DNA from: an uncultured Anaeroplasmatales bacterium | GTDB taxonomy: Bacteria > Bacillota_I > Bacilli_A > Acholeplasmatales > JAEDCM01 | Assembly (NCBI GenBank): GCA_964634685.1 | Contig: CAZWLD010000003.1 | Location: 784 to 64,783, forward strand | Reading direction: 5' to 3' | Length of the DNA: 64,000 nucleotides | In this document: piece by piece, positions 9,774-19,354 of the stretch | Numbering within the stretch: position 1 is the first letter of the stretch | How the letters are laid out: each line of letters begins with the position of its first letter | The notes under the pieces: model-generated | The model's database searches: none | What the model saw: only the letters and a program-made list of their open reading frames with translations | What the model was told of the DNA's origin: nothing | Position numbers and translations under genes: made by a program

Positions 9774-12700
9774 TTAGTTTGCTTTTTTAAATTTCACAAA
9801 TACTAATGCAGCACCACCAGCAATAGTTAATACCATAAATACAATTGATACAACCATACATACTTGAGCAGTATTAGCTTTGGCAGTAGCGGCTTTTAAT
9901 GCAGCCTCGGCAGCAGCTTGGGCAGCTTCAGCCTTAGCTTGAGCATCAGTTGCAGCAGCTTTATCAGCATCAGTAGCATTTTGAGAAGCTTCAGCAGCAT
10001 TCTTAGCAGCAAGAGCAGCATCCTTTAATGTATTAGCTTCATTGCGAGCAACCTCAGCAGCAGCTTGAGCAGCAAGAGCTTGAGTTCTTAAGCTTTCCGC
10101 ATCAGCCTTGGCAGCCTCGGCAGCAGTTTGAGCAGCAAGAGCTTGAGCTTTTAGAGTTTCTGCTTCATTCTTGGCAGCAAGAGCAGCAGCCTTTAATACA
10201 GCAACCTCTTCTTTTGTTGCAGTAGCACTTGCTAAAGCAGCTTCAGCAGCAGCTTGGGCAGTTTCAGCAGCTGTTTGAGCTTCTTCAGCAGCAGTTTGAG
10301 CGGCAACAGCTTTGGCTTGAGCCTCTTCAGCGGCTGTTTGAGCGGCAGCAGCTTGAGCTTTTAAGGTTTCTGCTTCAGTCTTGGCAGCTTCAGCAGCTTC
10401 TTGAGCAGCTTCGGCAGCAGCTTGGGCAGCAAGAGCAGCAGTTTTGGCTTCTTCAGCAGCAGCTTTTTCAGCTTGAGCTTCAGCTAAAACACCTAATACA
10501 GTAATATAATTCTCCGCAAATTCAAGATAATGAATATTCGTAATTGATGCTTTTTGGGTTTCAGTTAATGATTCATAATGAGCACGAATAGTCGCAACTA
10601 CTTCTTTATCAGCTAAAGTAAGAGATGTGTAATCCTTGCATGAATTAACTTCCTCTTGAACCTTTGCAATATCTAAATCCTCACCATCATAAACAACTAA
10701 TTCGTCTGGAGCAAATGTACCAGCAGGGAATTGTCCGGCTAAAACGTCAGTAAAGTCTGCCATCCAATGAGCTCCAACCTCATAGTTTTGAGGAAGGTTA
10801 GTATTAAAATCTTTGACATAATCGGTTGTTAATACATCTTTGGATACGAATAAATCATATGATGGATTAGTCTTAAGATCTTTTAACATTACAAATTTAA
10901 CATTTCCAATTGATTTAGTTTCTTCTGATGGACTTACAAATTCAGTTGTGCTATTTGTGAATGTTGTATATGCTAAATATCCGTTTTCAGTGAATGTACC
11001 ACCAACTAAAACTGGAACGGCATCACCTTTACAAACTACATAACGTAAATTTGGACAATTATTGAAGGCATTTTCACCAATACGCTTTAAGCTTGCAGGT
11101 AAAGTAACTGAACCAAGTGTTTCATTTCCAGCAAAGACACCATTTGCAATCGCAACAACACCATCTGGGATAACAACATTTCCACCTTCACCATTGTAAG
11201 CTGTTAAAACATTTGAAGCGTTAACAACAAATTCAGGAGCACCTGGATCTGGAGTACCTTCTGCTGTTGTAACATTTACTGTGTTTTGATTTAACGCATA
11301 TGAAGTAGGTTCAGCTTCGGCACCAATCTCAATAACATAATCGTTTTCATTGAATGCATAATCAACGAATCCTAGATAGAATCCACCATTTGCGGCAGCA
11401 TCATCATAAATATCAGTAATATCAATCTTTTGAGTTACTACTTGATTCTTTTCAGTAGCTGTACTTGCAACATCAAAATATGAATTGAATTCAGCATCAT
11501 AAAGGCAAATTGCTTGAACATAGTAATTATCCCAATATGTTACTTCTAAATAATATTTATCACCCTCTTGGGTAATCTTGTGATCTAACATTGTTGATAA
11601 TTCTTGGTCAACAACGATATCAATGCTTTGAGAATCAGAATAAGTAAGACCATCTGATCCAGTCCACTCTGCATCCATAACAACTTCGAATTCCATATTA
11701 TTCTTCATATAATCTGGTAAAAATTTATTCATATTGGCATAGAAATTACTATATGTATATGAGTTAAAAGCACTATATTGTGGTAAGAAATATGATTGTC
11801 GTAAGAAATAATTATAATCGAAAGGTGATAAATTCTCTCCTGTTACCTTATCATAAACACTAAATTCTTGATAATCAACATTCTTTAGCATTGAGAATTG
11901 ATATGAATATATTCCATAGAAGGTTCCAAAATTGCTATTTTGATTTACAGCACCATTAATGACGAAGGTACCATCAAATGGAGCAGGCTCATATCCTTTC
12001 TTGAAATTGAAAACCTCTTCAGCAAAAGTTGATTGATCTATCGTATAGAATTTACCATTTTGAAGGAATAATGAAGTAACAGTTAATCCATCTTTACTAA
12101 TGAAATCTTGACCAAAATCCATTACCTCTTCCCATGGAGCAATATCAAAGGCTGGGCTTGCATCATAATCACCATAGAAGGCAAGGAATGGAACACTTAA
12201 TGTTACATCACCAGTTAATGAAACAAATCCTTCAATATATGTACCATATTTGAAGATGAAATCATATGATTCCTTATCCTCATCACTAAGGGTTACTGTT
12301 ACTGTTACCTTAGCAGTACCATTAGCATTAACAGTGACAACTGAACCAGCTAAAGATCCAGCACCAGCTACGCTATATTCAACTAATGAATCAGATAAAA
12401 CACAATCAAATTCCTCTAATGACACGCCATAGTTAGTATCTAATCCCATAACTAATGTCGAAATATCAAAGCTTGCAGCATTAGCTTCATCCATATTAAC
12501 TAGGTTGAAGGTCATTTCATAAACACCAGTTTTAGAAGCATCCTTTCCAAGCTCTAGCTTAACACGGTCAGTTCCATCAACAGTGATATATTGCTTTGTT
12601 GTTGTCGCAGCTGCTAGGTTAACTAAACCAGCACCTTGTTTACGTGGTGAATAAACATTACCATCTTCATTAGCAACAACAGTAGCTGTACCCATTAATA

Positions 12701-14765
12701 ATTGATATGTTAATGTGTTTGCCGCAACAGGATCAACTACACCTAAGACTTCACGAACATATTGCTTAACAACAACAGTTGAACCGGCAGTATTAGGAGA
12801 AGCCATTGAGGTACCACTCATTAATACATACTTATTACTTTCAGCATCAGCATATGGATATGAACTCCAGACTTCTCCACCAGGAGCGGTAATTTCTGGT
12901 TTTAATTTAAGGTTAACATCACCCCAAGATGAGAAGATTGACATATCAGGGATTGTTTTTTGATTAGCAGGATCAACAGTTAATGTTTTTGTATCTGCAG
13001 CTGCTAAAGCATCTCCATATTCCTTTGTAACGGCACAAATAGGGAATGTAGCAAGCCTAGAATATTCAGTAACAACATTTCCTTCTTCATCAGTAACATC
13101 GATTGCTTCTGCTACAGGGCTTAGTGCACCAGCTGCATTGTTATAAATTACACAAGCGATAGCTCCAGCATTTAAAGCATTGAAAGCTTTATCTTGGAAA
13201 GAAAGTGATCCACGTTGAACTAAGGCAATTTTTCCTGTAACATCAACAGCAGCAAATTCTTCGGCTGAACCAAGACCACAATCAACATATTCATAAGTTC
13301 CTTTACCATTGGCATTACAGAAATCACGCATAAAGTCACCATAAACATTGTTAGTTTGGTCTTTTACAGACTCATTATAATACATTTCAGTTCCATCAGC
13401 GCTAACTAGCTTATATGCTGCAACATTTAAGGTATCAATACTTGCGACTGTAAGTGATGCTGGATAACTACTTGGAGAACCGATTGAACCGATATTATAG
13501 CCACTAGTTGTACCATAGTTTCCATACATACCACCATATGAAGAGCTATATGAGTTTCCTGCTGAAACACATAAAGCGATACCTTGAGCTACAGTAGCCT
13601 CATAAATAGCATCAATTGGTGTAAATGTATCAGTATCATAATCTACCATTGGCTCATAGAAGCTAAATCCAGATGCTGAACCTAAGCTCATATTGATAGT
13701 ATCAACACCAAGCAAAGTTGCATCCTCAATAGCAGCTAAGATATCAACGGTAGCCGCACCATTGTCGTTATCAGAGAAAACCTTGAAAATAGCTAATTGC
13801 GCATCCTTAGCAATACCAAAGAAATCAACACCGTTGTTTCCGGCAACAGTACCAGCAACGTGAGTTCCGTGACCATTTCCAAATTCCTCTAATGTTTCAA
13901 AGCATGGAGTTACATTGCAATCATTATCAGCATAGTCGAAGGCATAAGCAACCTTATTACCAACAACAACATCAGCAACAGCAAGAGTTCTTGCTTCTTC
14001 TCCTTCGCCAACAGTTTCATATCTTTCCTTAGCATTTAAACTAGCAAGAACAGCTTCAACATCAGAAGATGTAAGAGCAGGTGTTCCTGTATAGAATTCA
14101 TCACTGAAGGCCTCATGATCAACCATTAATCCGGTATCAATGATAGCCGCAACCATACCTGAACCAGTATATTCAAGATCGGTACCATTCATCTCACCAC
14201 GACCAGTGCTTGTACCATTTGCATCGTAGGATACAACATCACTAGCATCAAGGCTATAGATTTGAGATAGATAGACACCTTCAACTCCACTAATCTTGGA
14301 AATTGACTTGATATCCTTAACTTTAACAGTCATTGCAAAACCGTTAAATAAATTTGTATAAGAATACTTATATTCAGGCTTATAGGCTAAACCTAATTTA
14401 TTAATTGAATTTTTAACCTTTGTTTGAGTTGCTAATATTTCACCAACGGCCTTAACGCCATCAGTTGTATTAACATATTCAGACAATTTTTTGTTTACTG
14501 ATACCTTTGAAACCAAAGCGTCACCTTTTGTTTTAACAATTACATCAACAAAAGAATCTTCATCAAGCTCAACGATATCATCATCGGCAACAACACTAGC
14601 ATTTAAAAGATTCGCAAAGATATCTCTTTCCTTGTCTCTTTCAACTTGAGTGGCTGTCGAAGCGATTGTTTTAACATTTTTCGCAAGAACACCAGTTGTC
14701 GCTAAGGTCATAACACCAAGAGCAACTGCTGTCAATGCGGTTGTTAATTTTTTCAAAACTTTCAT
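9774..14765 (-). CDS. Cell-surface S8 serine proteinase (lactocepin/C5a-peptidase-like) with PA domain, short BspA-LRR insert, Ala-rich coiled-coil stalk and C-terminal TM anchor
   Basis: Signal peptide; triad IIDTG / HGTHVAGT / GTSMASP; PA insert (GKIALVQRG); IPDGVVAIANGVF LRR; about 200 aa of A/E/Q/K heptads; hydrophobic C-tail ending KFKKAN. Confidence 0.9.
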   Translation of the reverse strand: MKVLKKLTTALTAVALGVMTLATTGVLAKNVKTIASTATQVERDKERDIFANLLNASVVADDDIVELDEDSFVDVIVKTKGDALVSKVSVNKKLSEYVNTTDGVKAVGEILATQTKVKNSINKLGLAYKPEYKYSYTNLFNGFAMTVKVKDIKSISKISGVEGVYLSQIYSLDASDVVSYDANGTSTGRGEMNGTDLEYTGSGMVAAIIDTGLMVDHEAFSDEFYTGTPALTSSDVEAVLASLNAKERYETVGEGEEARTLAVADVVVGNKVAYAFDYADNDCNVTPCFETLEEFGNGHGTHVAGTVAGNNGVDFFGIAKDAQLAIFKVFSDNDNGAATVDILAAIEDATLLGVDTINMSLGSASGFSFYEPMVDYDTDTFTPIDAIYEATVAQGIALCVSAGNSYSSSYGGMYGNYGTTSGYNIGSIGSPSSYPASLTVASIDTLNVAAYKLVSADGTEMYYNESVKDQTNNVYGDFMRDFCNANGKGTYEYVDCGLGSAEEFAAVDVTGKIALVQRGSLSFQDKAFNALNAGAIACVIYNNAAGALSPVAEAIDVTDEEGNVVTEYSRLATFPICAVTKEYGDALAAADTKTLTVDPANQKTIPDMSIFSSWGDVNLKLKPEITAPGGEVWSSYPYADAESNKYVLMSGTSMASPNTAGSTVVVKQYVREVLGVVDPVAANTLTYQLLMGTATVVANEDGNVYSPRKQGAGLVNLAAATTTKQYITVDGTDRVKLELGKDASKTGVYEMTFNLVNMDEANAASFDISTLVMGLDTNYGVSLEEFDCVLSDSLVEYSVAGAGSLAGSVVTVNANGTAKVTVTVTLSDEDKESYDFIFKYGTYIEGFVSLTGDVTLSVPFLAFYGDYDASPAFDIAPWEEVMDFGQDFISKDGLTVTSLFLQNGKFYTIDQSTFAEEVFNFKKGYEPAPFDGTFVINGAVNQNSNFGTFYGIYSYQFSMLKNVDYQEFSVYDKVTGENLSPFDYNYFLRQSYFLPQYSAFNSYTYSNFYANMNKFLPDYMKNNMEFEVVMDAEWTGSDGLTYSDSQSIDIVVDQELSTMLDHKITQEGDKYYLEVTYWDNYYVQAICLYDAEFNSYFDVASTATEKNQVVTQKIDITDIYDDAAANGGFYLGFVDYAFNENDYVIEIGAEAEPTSYALNQNTVNVTTAEGTPDPGAPEFVVNASNVLTAYNGEGGNVVIPDGVVAIANGVFAGNETLGSVTLPASLKRIGENAFNNCPNLRYVVCKGDAVPVLVGGTFTENGYLAYTTFTNSTTEFVSPSEETKSIGNVKFVMLKDLKTNPSYDLFVSKDVLTTDYVKDFNTNLPQNYEVGAHWMADFTDVLAGQFPAGTFAPDELVVYDGEDLDIAKVQEEVNSCKDYTSLTLADKEVVATIRAHYESLTETQKASITNIHYLEFAENYITVLGVLAEAQAEKAAAEEAKTAALAAQAAAEAAQEAAEAAKTEAETLKAQAAAAQTAAEEAQAKAVAAQTAAEEAQTAAETAQAAAEAALASATATKEEVAVLKAAALAAKNEAETLKAQALAAQTAAEAAKADAESLRTQALAAQAAAEVARNEANTLKDAALAAKNAAEASQNATDADKAAATDAQAKAEAAQAAAEAALKAATAKANTAQVCMVVSIVFMVLTIAGGAALVFVKFKKAN

Positions 14766-14809
14766 TCTTTATTCCTCTCTTTCGGTTTAATACAAAAGTA
14801 TTTAAAAGT

Positions 14810-14838
14810 ATTATACAACTGGAAAATATTAGATACAA
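14810..14838 (-). promoter_or_regulatory. Promoter of the S8 proteinase
   Basis: TTGTAT (14838-14833), 17 nt, TATAAT (14815-14810), with a TG extension. Confidence 0.65.
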
Positions 14839-14850
14839 GCAAAAATAGAA

Positions 14851-14864
14851 AGAAATCGTTTACA
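14851..14864. promoter_or_regulatory. cre-like (LacI/CcpA-type) operator
   Basis: TGTAAACGATTTCT on minus, 13 bp upstream of the -35 box. Confidence 0.45.
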
Positions 14865-15056
14865 AAAATGAAAAAAATTCAATTGTAATTAAAATAAAAT
14901 AAATAAAAGACCATTAAAACATTTTTTCAAGAAATTAAGTTCGAAATTTGATGCTATTTTTCGAATACTTTACTAGTGTAAAGAACAATTTTCTTTTACT
15001 ATTGGATAAAGCAAAAGATAAAAAAAGTAGTAAATTATCGATCAACCAATAATTCA

Positions 15057-15491
15057 CTACTTTTCTAGAATAAAATGATTTAATTTATTGATAAGGTCAA
15101 CCTTTTTTTCCCCAATGACATTTCCATCTTCGTCCAAAATGTATTTATTATTAACAGAATCATGAAGCTGAAAAACATTACCGAATGGATCCTTGATGAT
15201 AGCTCTTCTTCCATCCTTGGTATCAAATGGATCCTTGATGACAGATCCTCCCATCATCGTTAGCTGATCAATGACCTTATATACATCATCACATTCAAAA
15301 CAAAGATTGCTCTCAAGCGGATCTGTTTGTAAAATTACCTCGGTAATATCCTCTTCAATTCCCAAGCCTGCTTGGCAATCAGTTTTCCATAAAAGCTGTA
15401 ATCCCTTAAAAGATTTATAGAAGCTTATACCGTGCTCAAGGTCATCAACATAAAAATAAATACAATTTATTGAGCGCAACAATTTAATCAC
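15057..15491 (-). CDS. VOC/glyoxalase family protein
   Basis: YFYVDDLEHGISFY and LCFECDDV...AIIKDPFGNVFQL signature. Confidence 0.8.
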   Translation of the reverse strand: MIKLLRSINCIYFYVDDLEHGISFYKSFKGLQLLWKTDCQAGLGIEEDITEVILQTDPLESNLCFECDDVYKVIDQLTMMGGSVIKDPFDTKDGRRAIIKDPFGNVFQLHDSVNNKYILDEDGNVIGEKKVDLINKLNHFILEK

Positions 15492-15576
15492 CTTATTTCA
15501 AAATAATTATATACCATATTAATGTCGATTTATATCCATTTATAATTCTCAAAAAAAATCATCCCGAGGATGACCT

Positions 15577-16215
15577 TTATTGGATTTCACCAACATCATG
15601 GCATGCATCATCACAGGATGAAGCTAATTCAATCTCATAGCGCAAAAGCTTTTGAACAAAAACATTCTTGATATCGCCCTTTAAAAGATTACTAGCTAAA
15701 TTGATGCAATCATTAAACAAACGAGCTCGTCGATACATATCCACAACAATCAAGAAATTATCGATTGTATCAAAATCCTTAAAATGTGGACGTAATATTT
15801 CGATAGCTTTTTTTCGATGCTCAATAGCTCGAATCGGGCGCTTTCCATCATCGCAAGCCCAAGCTGCACTTAAATAATAATATGATTCACGCATATAATC
15901 GCCAACATTATGCATTAAAAAGGCATGTAACAAATACTTTCTTTCGTCACCACTAGTTGACAAAAAGATAACGGTATATTCTTCCTCATTGATAATATTT
16001 GGATCTAATCCTTCAATTAAGGTAGAAACATCGGTATTTGCATAATGACATTTAGGGCATTCTTGCATTTTAATTGATAAATCATGACGCATACTGCCAG
16101 CCGGTCTCGTATCTAAATCCATAAAACCCGAGCTATCTGATTTTTCTAATTCCAAAAAATCGTTAACTTCGCCGCAGCAGCAGCATTTTTTCGAAACGCG
16201 AGCAATTTTCGACAT
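15577..16215 (-). CDS. DUF2225-like protein (Zn-finger plus TPR-like helices)
   Basis: CCCCG...DLDTRP...CPKCHYA, then YLSAAWACDD helical repeats. Confidence 0.6.
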   Translation of the reverse strand: MSKIARVSKKCCCCGEVNDFLELEKSDSSGFMDLDTRPAGSMRHDLSIKMQECPKCHYANTDVSTLIEGLDPNIINEEEYTVIFLSTSGDERKYLLHAFLMHNVGDYMRESYYYLSAAWACDDGKRPIRAIEHRKKAIEILRPHFKDFDTIDNFLIVVDMYRRARLFNDCINLASNLLKGDIKNVFVQKLLRYEIELASSCDDACHDVGEIQ

Positions 16216-16267
16216 AAATCACCACTCCTTCTATTTATTATATATTATAAATACATTTCAAGCAATA

Positions 16268-16762
16268 TTATTTCATATAATTTAGGATATTTCCAACAAA
16301 AAAATCCATAGCCGCATCCAACCCATACTGATTAAAAATGCAACCCATAATTGATTCAACAGCCGTTGCATAAGCCTTATAGCAATCAAGGTCCCTTTTT
16401 ATTTTAAACAAATATTTATCTAAATTCAAGATATTTTCCCCAATTTCATTCAAAAATTCATTGCAGCCAAGCCGTTTTTTCATATCGGATATCATACCTT
16501 TTTTTGTCGAGCTATCATTATCATAAAAATATTTACATATGCACAAGCCCAAAACACTATCACCCAAGGTAGCTAAATTATCATTATCAATAATATTCAT
16601 TTGATGAACATCCATAAAAACCTTCGCATAGCCCGGAAGAGTCAGGGAATGGACATATTCATCGATATTATTCATATCAACTTGTAATCCCAAAATTCTT
16701 TCATAAAACATTATCGTTTTCGTTATCATCTTATCATATTCAATAATCATCATTATCACCAA
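16268..16762 (-). CDS. Stand-alone RNase III-fold domain protein without dsRBD
   Basis: NLATLGDSVL and ATAVESIMG signatures; 164 aa. Confidence 0.7.
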   Translation of the reverse strand: MVIMMIIEYDKMITKTIMFYERILGLQVDMNNIDEYVHSLTLPGYAKVFMDVHQMNIIDNDNLATLGDSVLGLCICKYFYDNDSSTKKGMISDMKKRLGCNEFLNEIGENILNLDKYLFKIKRDLDCYKAYATAVESIMGCIFNQYGLDAAMDFFVGNILNYMK

Positions 16763-16812
16763 AAAAAACGACTACAGGTATAAACTGGTAGTCGCTTTAA
16801 CCTTTAAAATGC

Positions 16813-17109
16813 TTAAATTCTTTCAATGTCACTGTTGTTTTCAACATTAATTGAAACAGCACTAACATCTAAATTGAACATAACCTCTAAAAGTCTCTTC
16901 ACATCATCAACATAAACCACCTTGACATCACTAGGAATTTCATTGTAAACAATAGGATCAGGAATCGAAAAGCCATATCCTCTTGCCTTGACAAATAGTC
17001 TTTCACGGCGAGCCTGTGATTCACATAAAACTGGAATGTTGTTTTCAGCGCTCATTTGTAAAATTTTTTTCGTTTTACCACTACCAGGATTTCCTAAAAT
17101 AATTTTCAT
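16813..17109 (-). CDS. 98-aa minimal P-loop protein, function unknown
   Basis: GNPGSGKT at residues 6-13, VYVDD Walker-B-like strand, GGAGG RBS. Confidence 0.7.
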   Translation of the reverse strand: MKIILGNPGSGKTKKILQMSAENNIPVLCESQARRERLFVKARGYGFSIPDPIVYNEIPSDVKVVYVDDVKRLLEVMFNLDVSAVSINVENNSDIERI

Positions 17110-17189
17110 ATGCTACCTCCACGAATTGATCTCTTTGCCTTTATTATACAACATAAAAATCTAAAAAGATAGACCTAAATTGTAAACGC

Positions 17190-17693
17190 TTACCAAATAT
17201 TTTTAAGGAGGACCTCAAGAGCCATTTGATCTCTTTTGTGGATGATCAAGCCAACATTTTGGGGATTCTTTTCTTGATAGAAATGATTAATATCTTTAAT
17301 TGGAATCCAAACTACTTCTTTAAAAAGAGTTTTCTCCATCTCCGTATAATGATTACCAACATAATTAGTTGCCCGGGCAACAAAATAATGCGCAACATCA
17401 CATCGATTTATCAAATAATAATTATTTGAGACAATTCCAACTTCTTCAATATTTTCAATTTCATATCCTAATTCTTCAATAATTTCTCGCCTAAGGCACG
17501 TAACAAAATCTTCATCCTCAACACCGCCACCCGGCGTTTCATAGTGATCCCTTTTTCCAAAGTCATCTTCACCAACAACGTGAATTAGAGCTATTTTGTC
17601 ATCCTTGATAATAAAGCCTCGACTCGTATTTCTAATTTTTATAATCGGTGCATTTTCATAAATAAAATCATTTACATGTCCAATCATTCGCAT
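17190..17693 (-). CDS. NUDIX hydrolase
   Basis: Nudix box GGGVEDEDFVTCLRREIIEELG. Confidence 0.88.
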   Translation of the reverse strand: MRMIGHVNDFIYENAPIIKIRNTSRGFIIKDDKIALIHVVGEDDFGKRDHYETPGGGVEDEDFVTCLRREIIEELGYEIENIEEVGIVSNNYYLINRCDVAHYFVARATNYVGNHYTEMEKTLFKEVVWIPIKDINHFYQEKNPQNVGLIIHKRDQMALEVLLKNIW

Positions 17694-19321
17694 ACTGATA
17701 CCTCCTTATATAATTCTTCAATTTCTTCAAAAATTGGAGTTAATACTTCTTTGATATTTCCCTTTTCTAAGGGATTTTTCAAATCCACAAGCTTTAGCAT
17801 TTCATAAAAATTATATCTTTTTCCAATTGGCAATAGTCTTTTATATTTATCCATTCCTAATTCAAAATCAGCCTTTAGATTATTCCTTAATTCAAAGGCA
17901 CAAATTTGAGATAATGAATAATCAATTCCATAAAAGGGATGTTCATAGATATGACTAATATCATGAAGCATTAATCCTGATTCCAATTCATTTTTATAGT
18001 TAACCCACGGCATATACATCTTTTCTAGTCTTCGATATTCCAAACGCCGCTTTTCATAATCATATTCCGGATGCTCATATAAAATATGCTGGTAAGCATC
18101 AATCATCGTTGAAAAGCACAAAAGCGTTAAAGCATTCATCAAATGAATAAATTGGAATTTTTGATAATCCTTATCTTCCAAAAAATCCATTTTTAAAGCA
18201 AAAATTTCTTCAAAGGTCATCGAATGAATTTCGGCAATATCAAAGGGTGAAGGAATATTTTGAAAAAGATTATTCTTTGAAGAAAAGTAAAAGGCTAAGG
18301 CATGACCAAATTCATGAGATAAAATGCGAATACCCGCAATATCTCCGGTTATAAAAGCATGGATATATGGCAATTTTACATCAGAAAGATAGGTTGTATA
18401 GCCCGCCTCAAGCTTATGTTCAAAAATGCCTAGCTTTAAAAGCTTATGCTCTTGCATTTTTTGAAAAAGATTAAAAAAATCAATATCAATCTTCGATAAC
18501 ACTTCGCTAAAATGCTTTAAAAATCTTGGCAAGCTAAAATGAATGTCGGGATTTGATTTCAAAATTATTTCATTATTGTAATAATCATCACTAAGACCTA
18601 ATTGCTTTCCGATTCTTTTTTTCATCGTATAAATAAAGGGCACAACAACCTTTAATATTTGCCTTCGAAATAACAAAATGTCATCTTTTTTATAACAGCG
18701 ATCAAACAAGGAATATGACTCCTCCATATAATTTTTAAAGCCGTGAATATGACTTTGTTTATCCCGAAGCCTTACTAATTTATCTAGAAGCTTATCATAG
18801 ACTAAAGCATTATCAACGTGATATTTTGTCAATGAATCGAAGGATTTTTTTCTTTCATCTAAATCATTGCTTGAAAGATAGTTCTTTACCTCTTGTTTAT
18901 TATACAAATCGCCATCAAATAAAACCTTGGCATTTGAAACAAGAGTTTGATATTTCTTAACATATTTCATCTCTTTTAAATAAAGTAATAATCCTTTATC
19001 TTCTTTATTATTTTTGGATAATATTTCATCAACAAAGGAAGCTCCAAAATCTTTCTTCAAGCTATGATGAAAAGCACAATTCTTAATCAATTTTTCATAT
19101 TTCGATAAAGGCGATATCATTAAAATTGATTTAACCTGAGCTTTTTTTAATTGCTTTATAACATTAATATCCTCAAGATTTAGATAGTGCTCGATTGTTA
19201 ATCTTGTAATATCATTCGATATTATTTCCATTCCTTCATTGACCTTGATAATTCCCTCTTTAAAATCTTGATAATCATCCGCCCTTTCCATCAAGAAAAG
19301 ACCTTTTTTTATCTTATCCAT
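17684..19321 (-). CDS. M3-family oligoendopeptidase
   Basis: HEFGH zinc motif, AEIHSMTFE, and HIYEHPFYGIDY. Confidence 0.85.
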   Translation of the reverse strand: MDKIKKGLFLMERADDYQDFKEGIIKVNEGMEIISNDITRLTIEHYLNLEDINVIKQLKKAQVKSILMISPLSKYEKLIKNCAFHHSLKKDFGASFVDEILSKNNKEDKGLLLYLKEMKYVKKYQTLVSNAKVLFDGDLYNKQEVKNYLSSNDLDERKKSFDSLTKYHVDNALVYDKLLDKLVRLRDKQSHIHGFKNYMEESYSLFDRCYKKDDILLFRRQILKVVVPFIYTMKKRIGKQLGLSDDYYNNEIILKSNPDIHFSLPRFLKHFSEVLSKIDIDFFNLFQKMQEHKLLKLGIFEHKLEAGYTTYLSDVKLPYIHAFITGDIAGIRILSHEFGHALAFYFSSKNNLFQNIPSPFDIAEIHSMTFEEIFALKMDFLEDKDYQKFQFIHLMNALTLLCFSTMIDAYQHILYEHPEYDYEKRRLEYRRLEKMYMPWVNYKNELESGLMLHDISHIYEHPFYGIDYSLSQICAFELRNNLKADFELGMDKYKRLLPIGKRYNFYEMLKLVDLKNPLEKGNIKEVLTPIFEEIEELYKEVSVCE

Positions 19322-19354
19322 ATTAGCCTCCAAAAAAAGGCCCTTAAAAAGAGC

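Noticed and set aside
10229-10504. Gln/Leu-rich 91-aa plus-strand ORF
   Set aside because: Reverse-strand read of the Ala-rich stalk (GCT/GCA codons).
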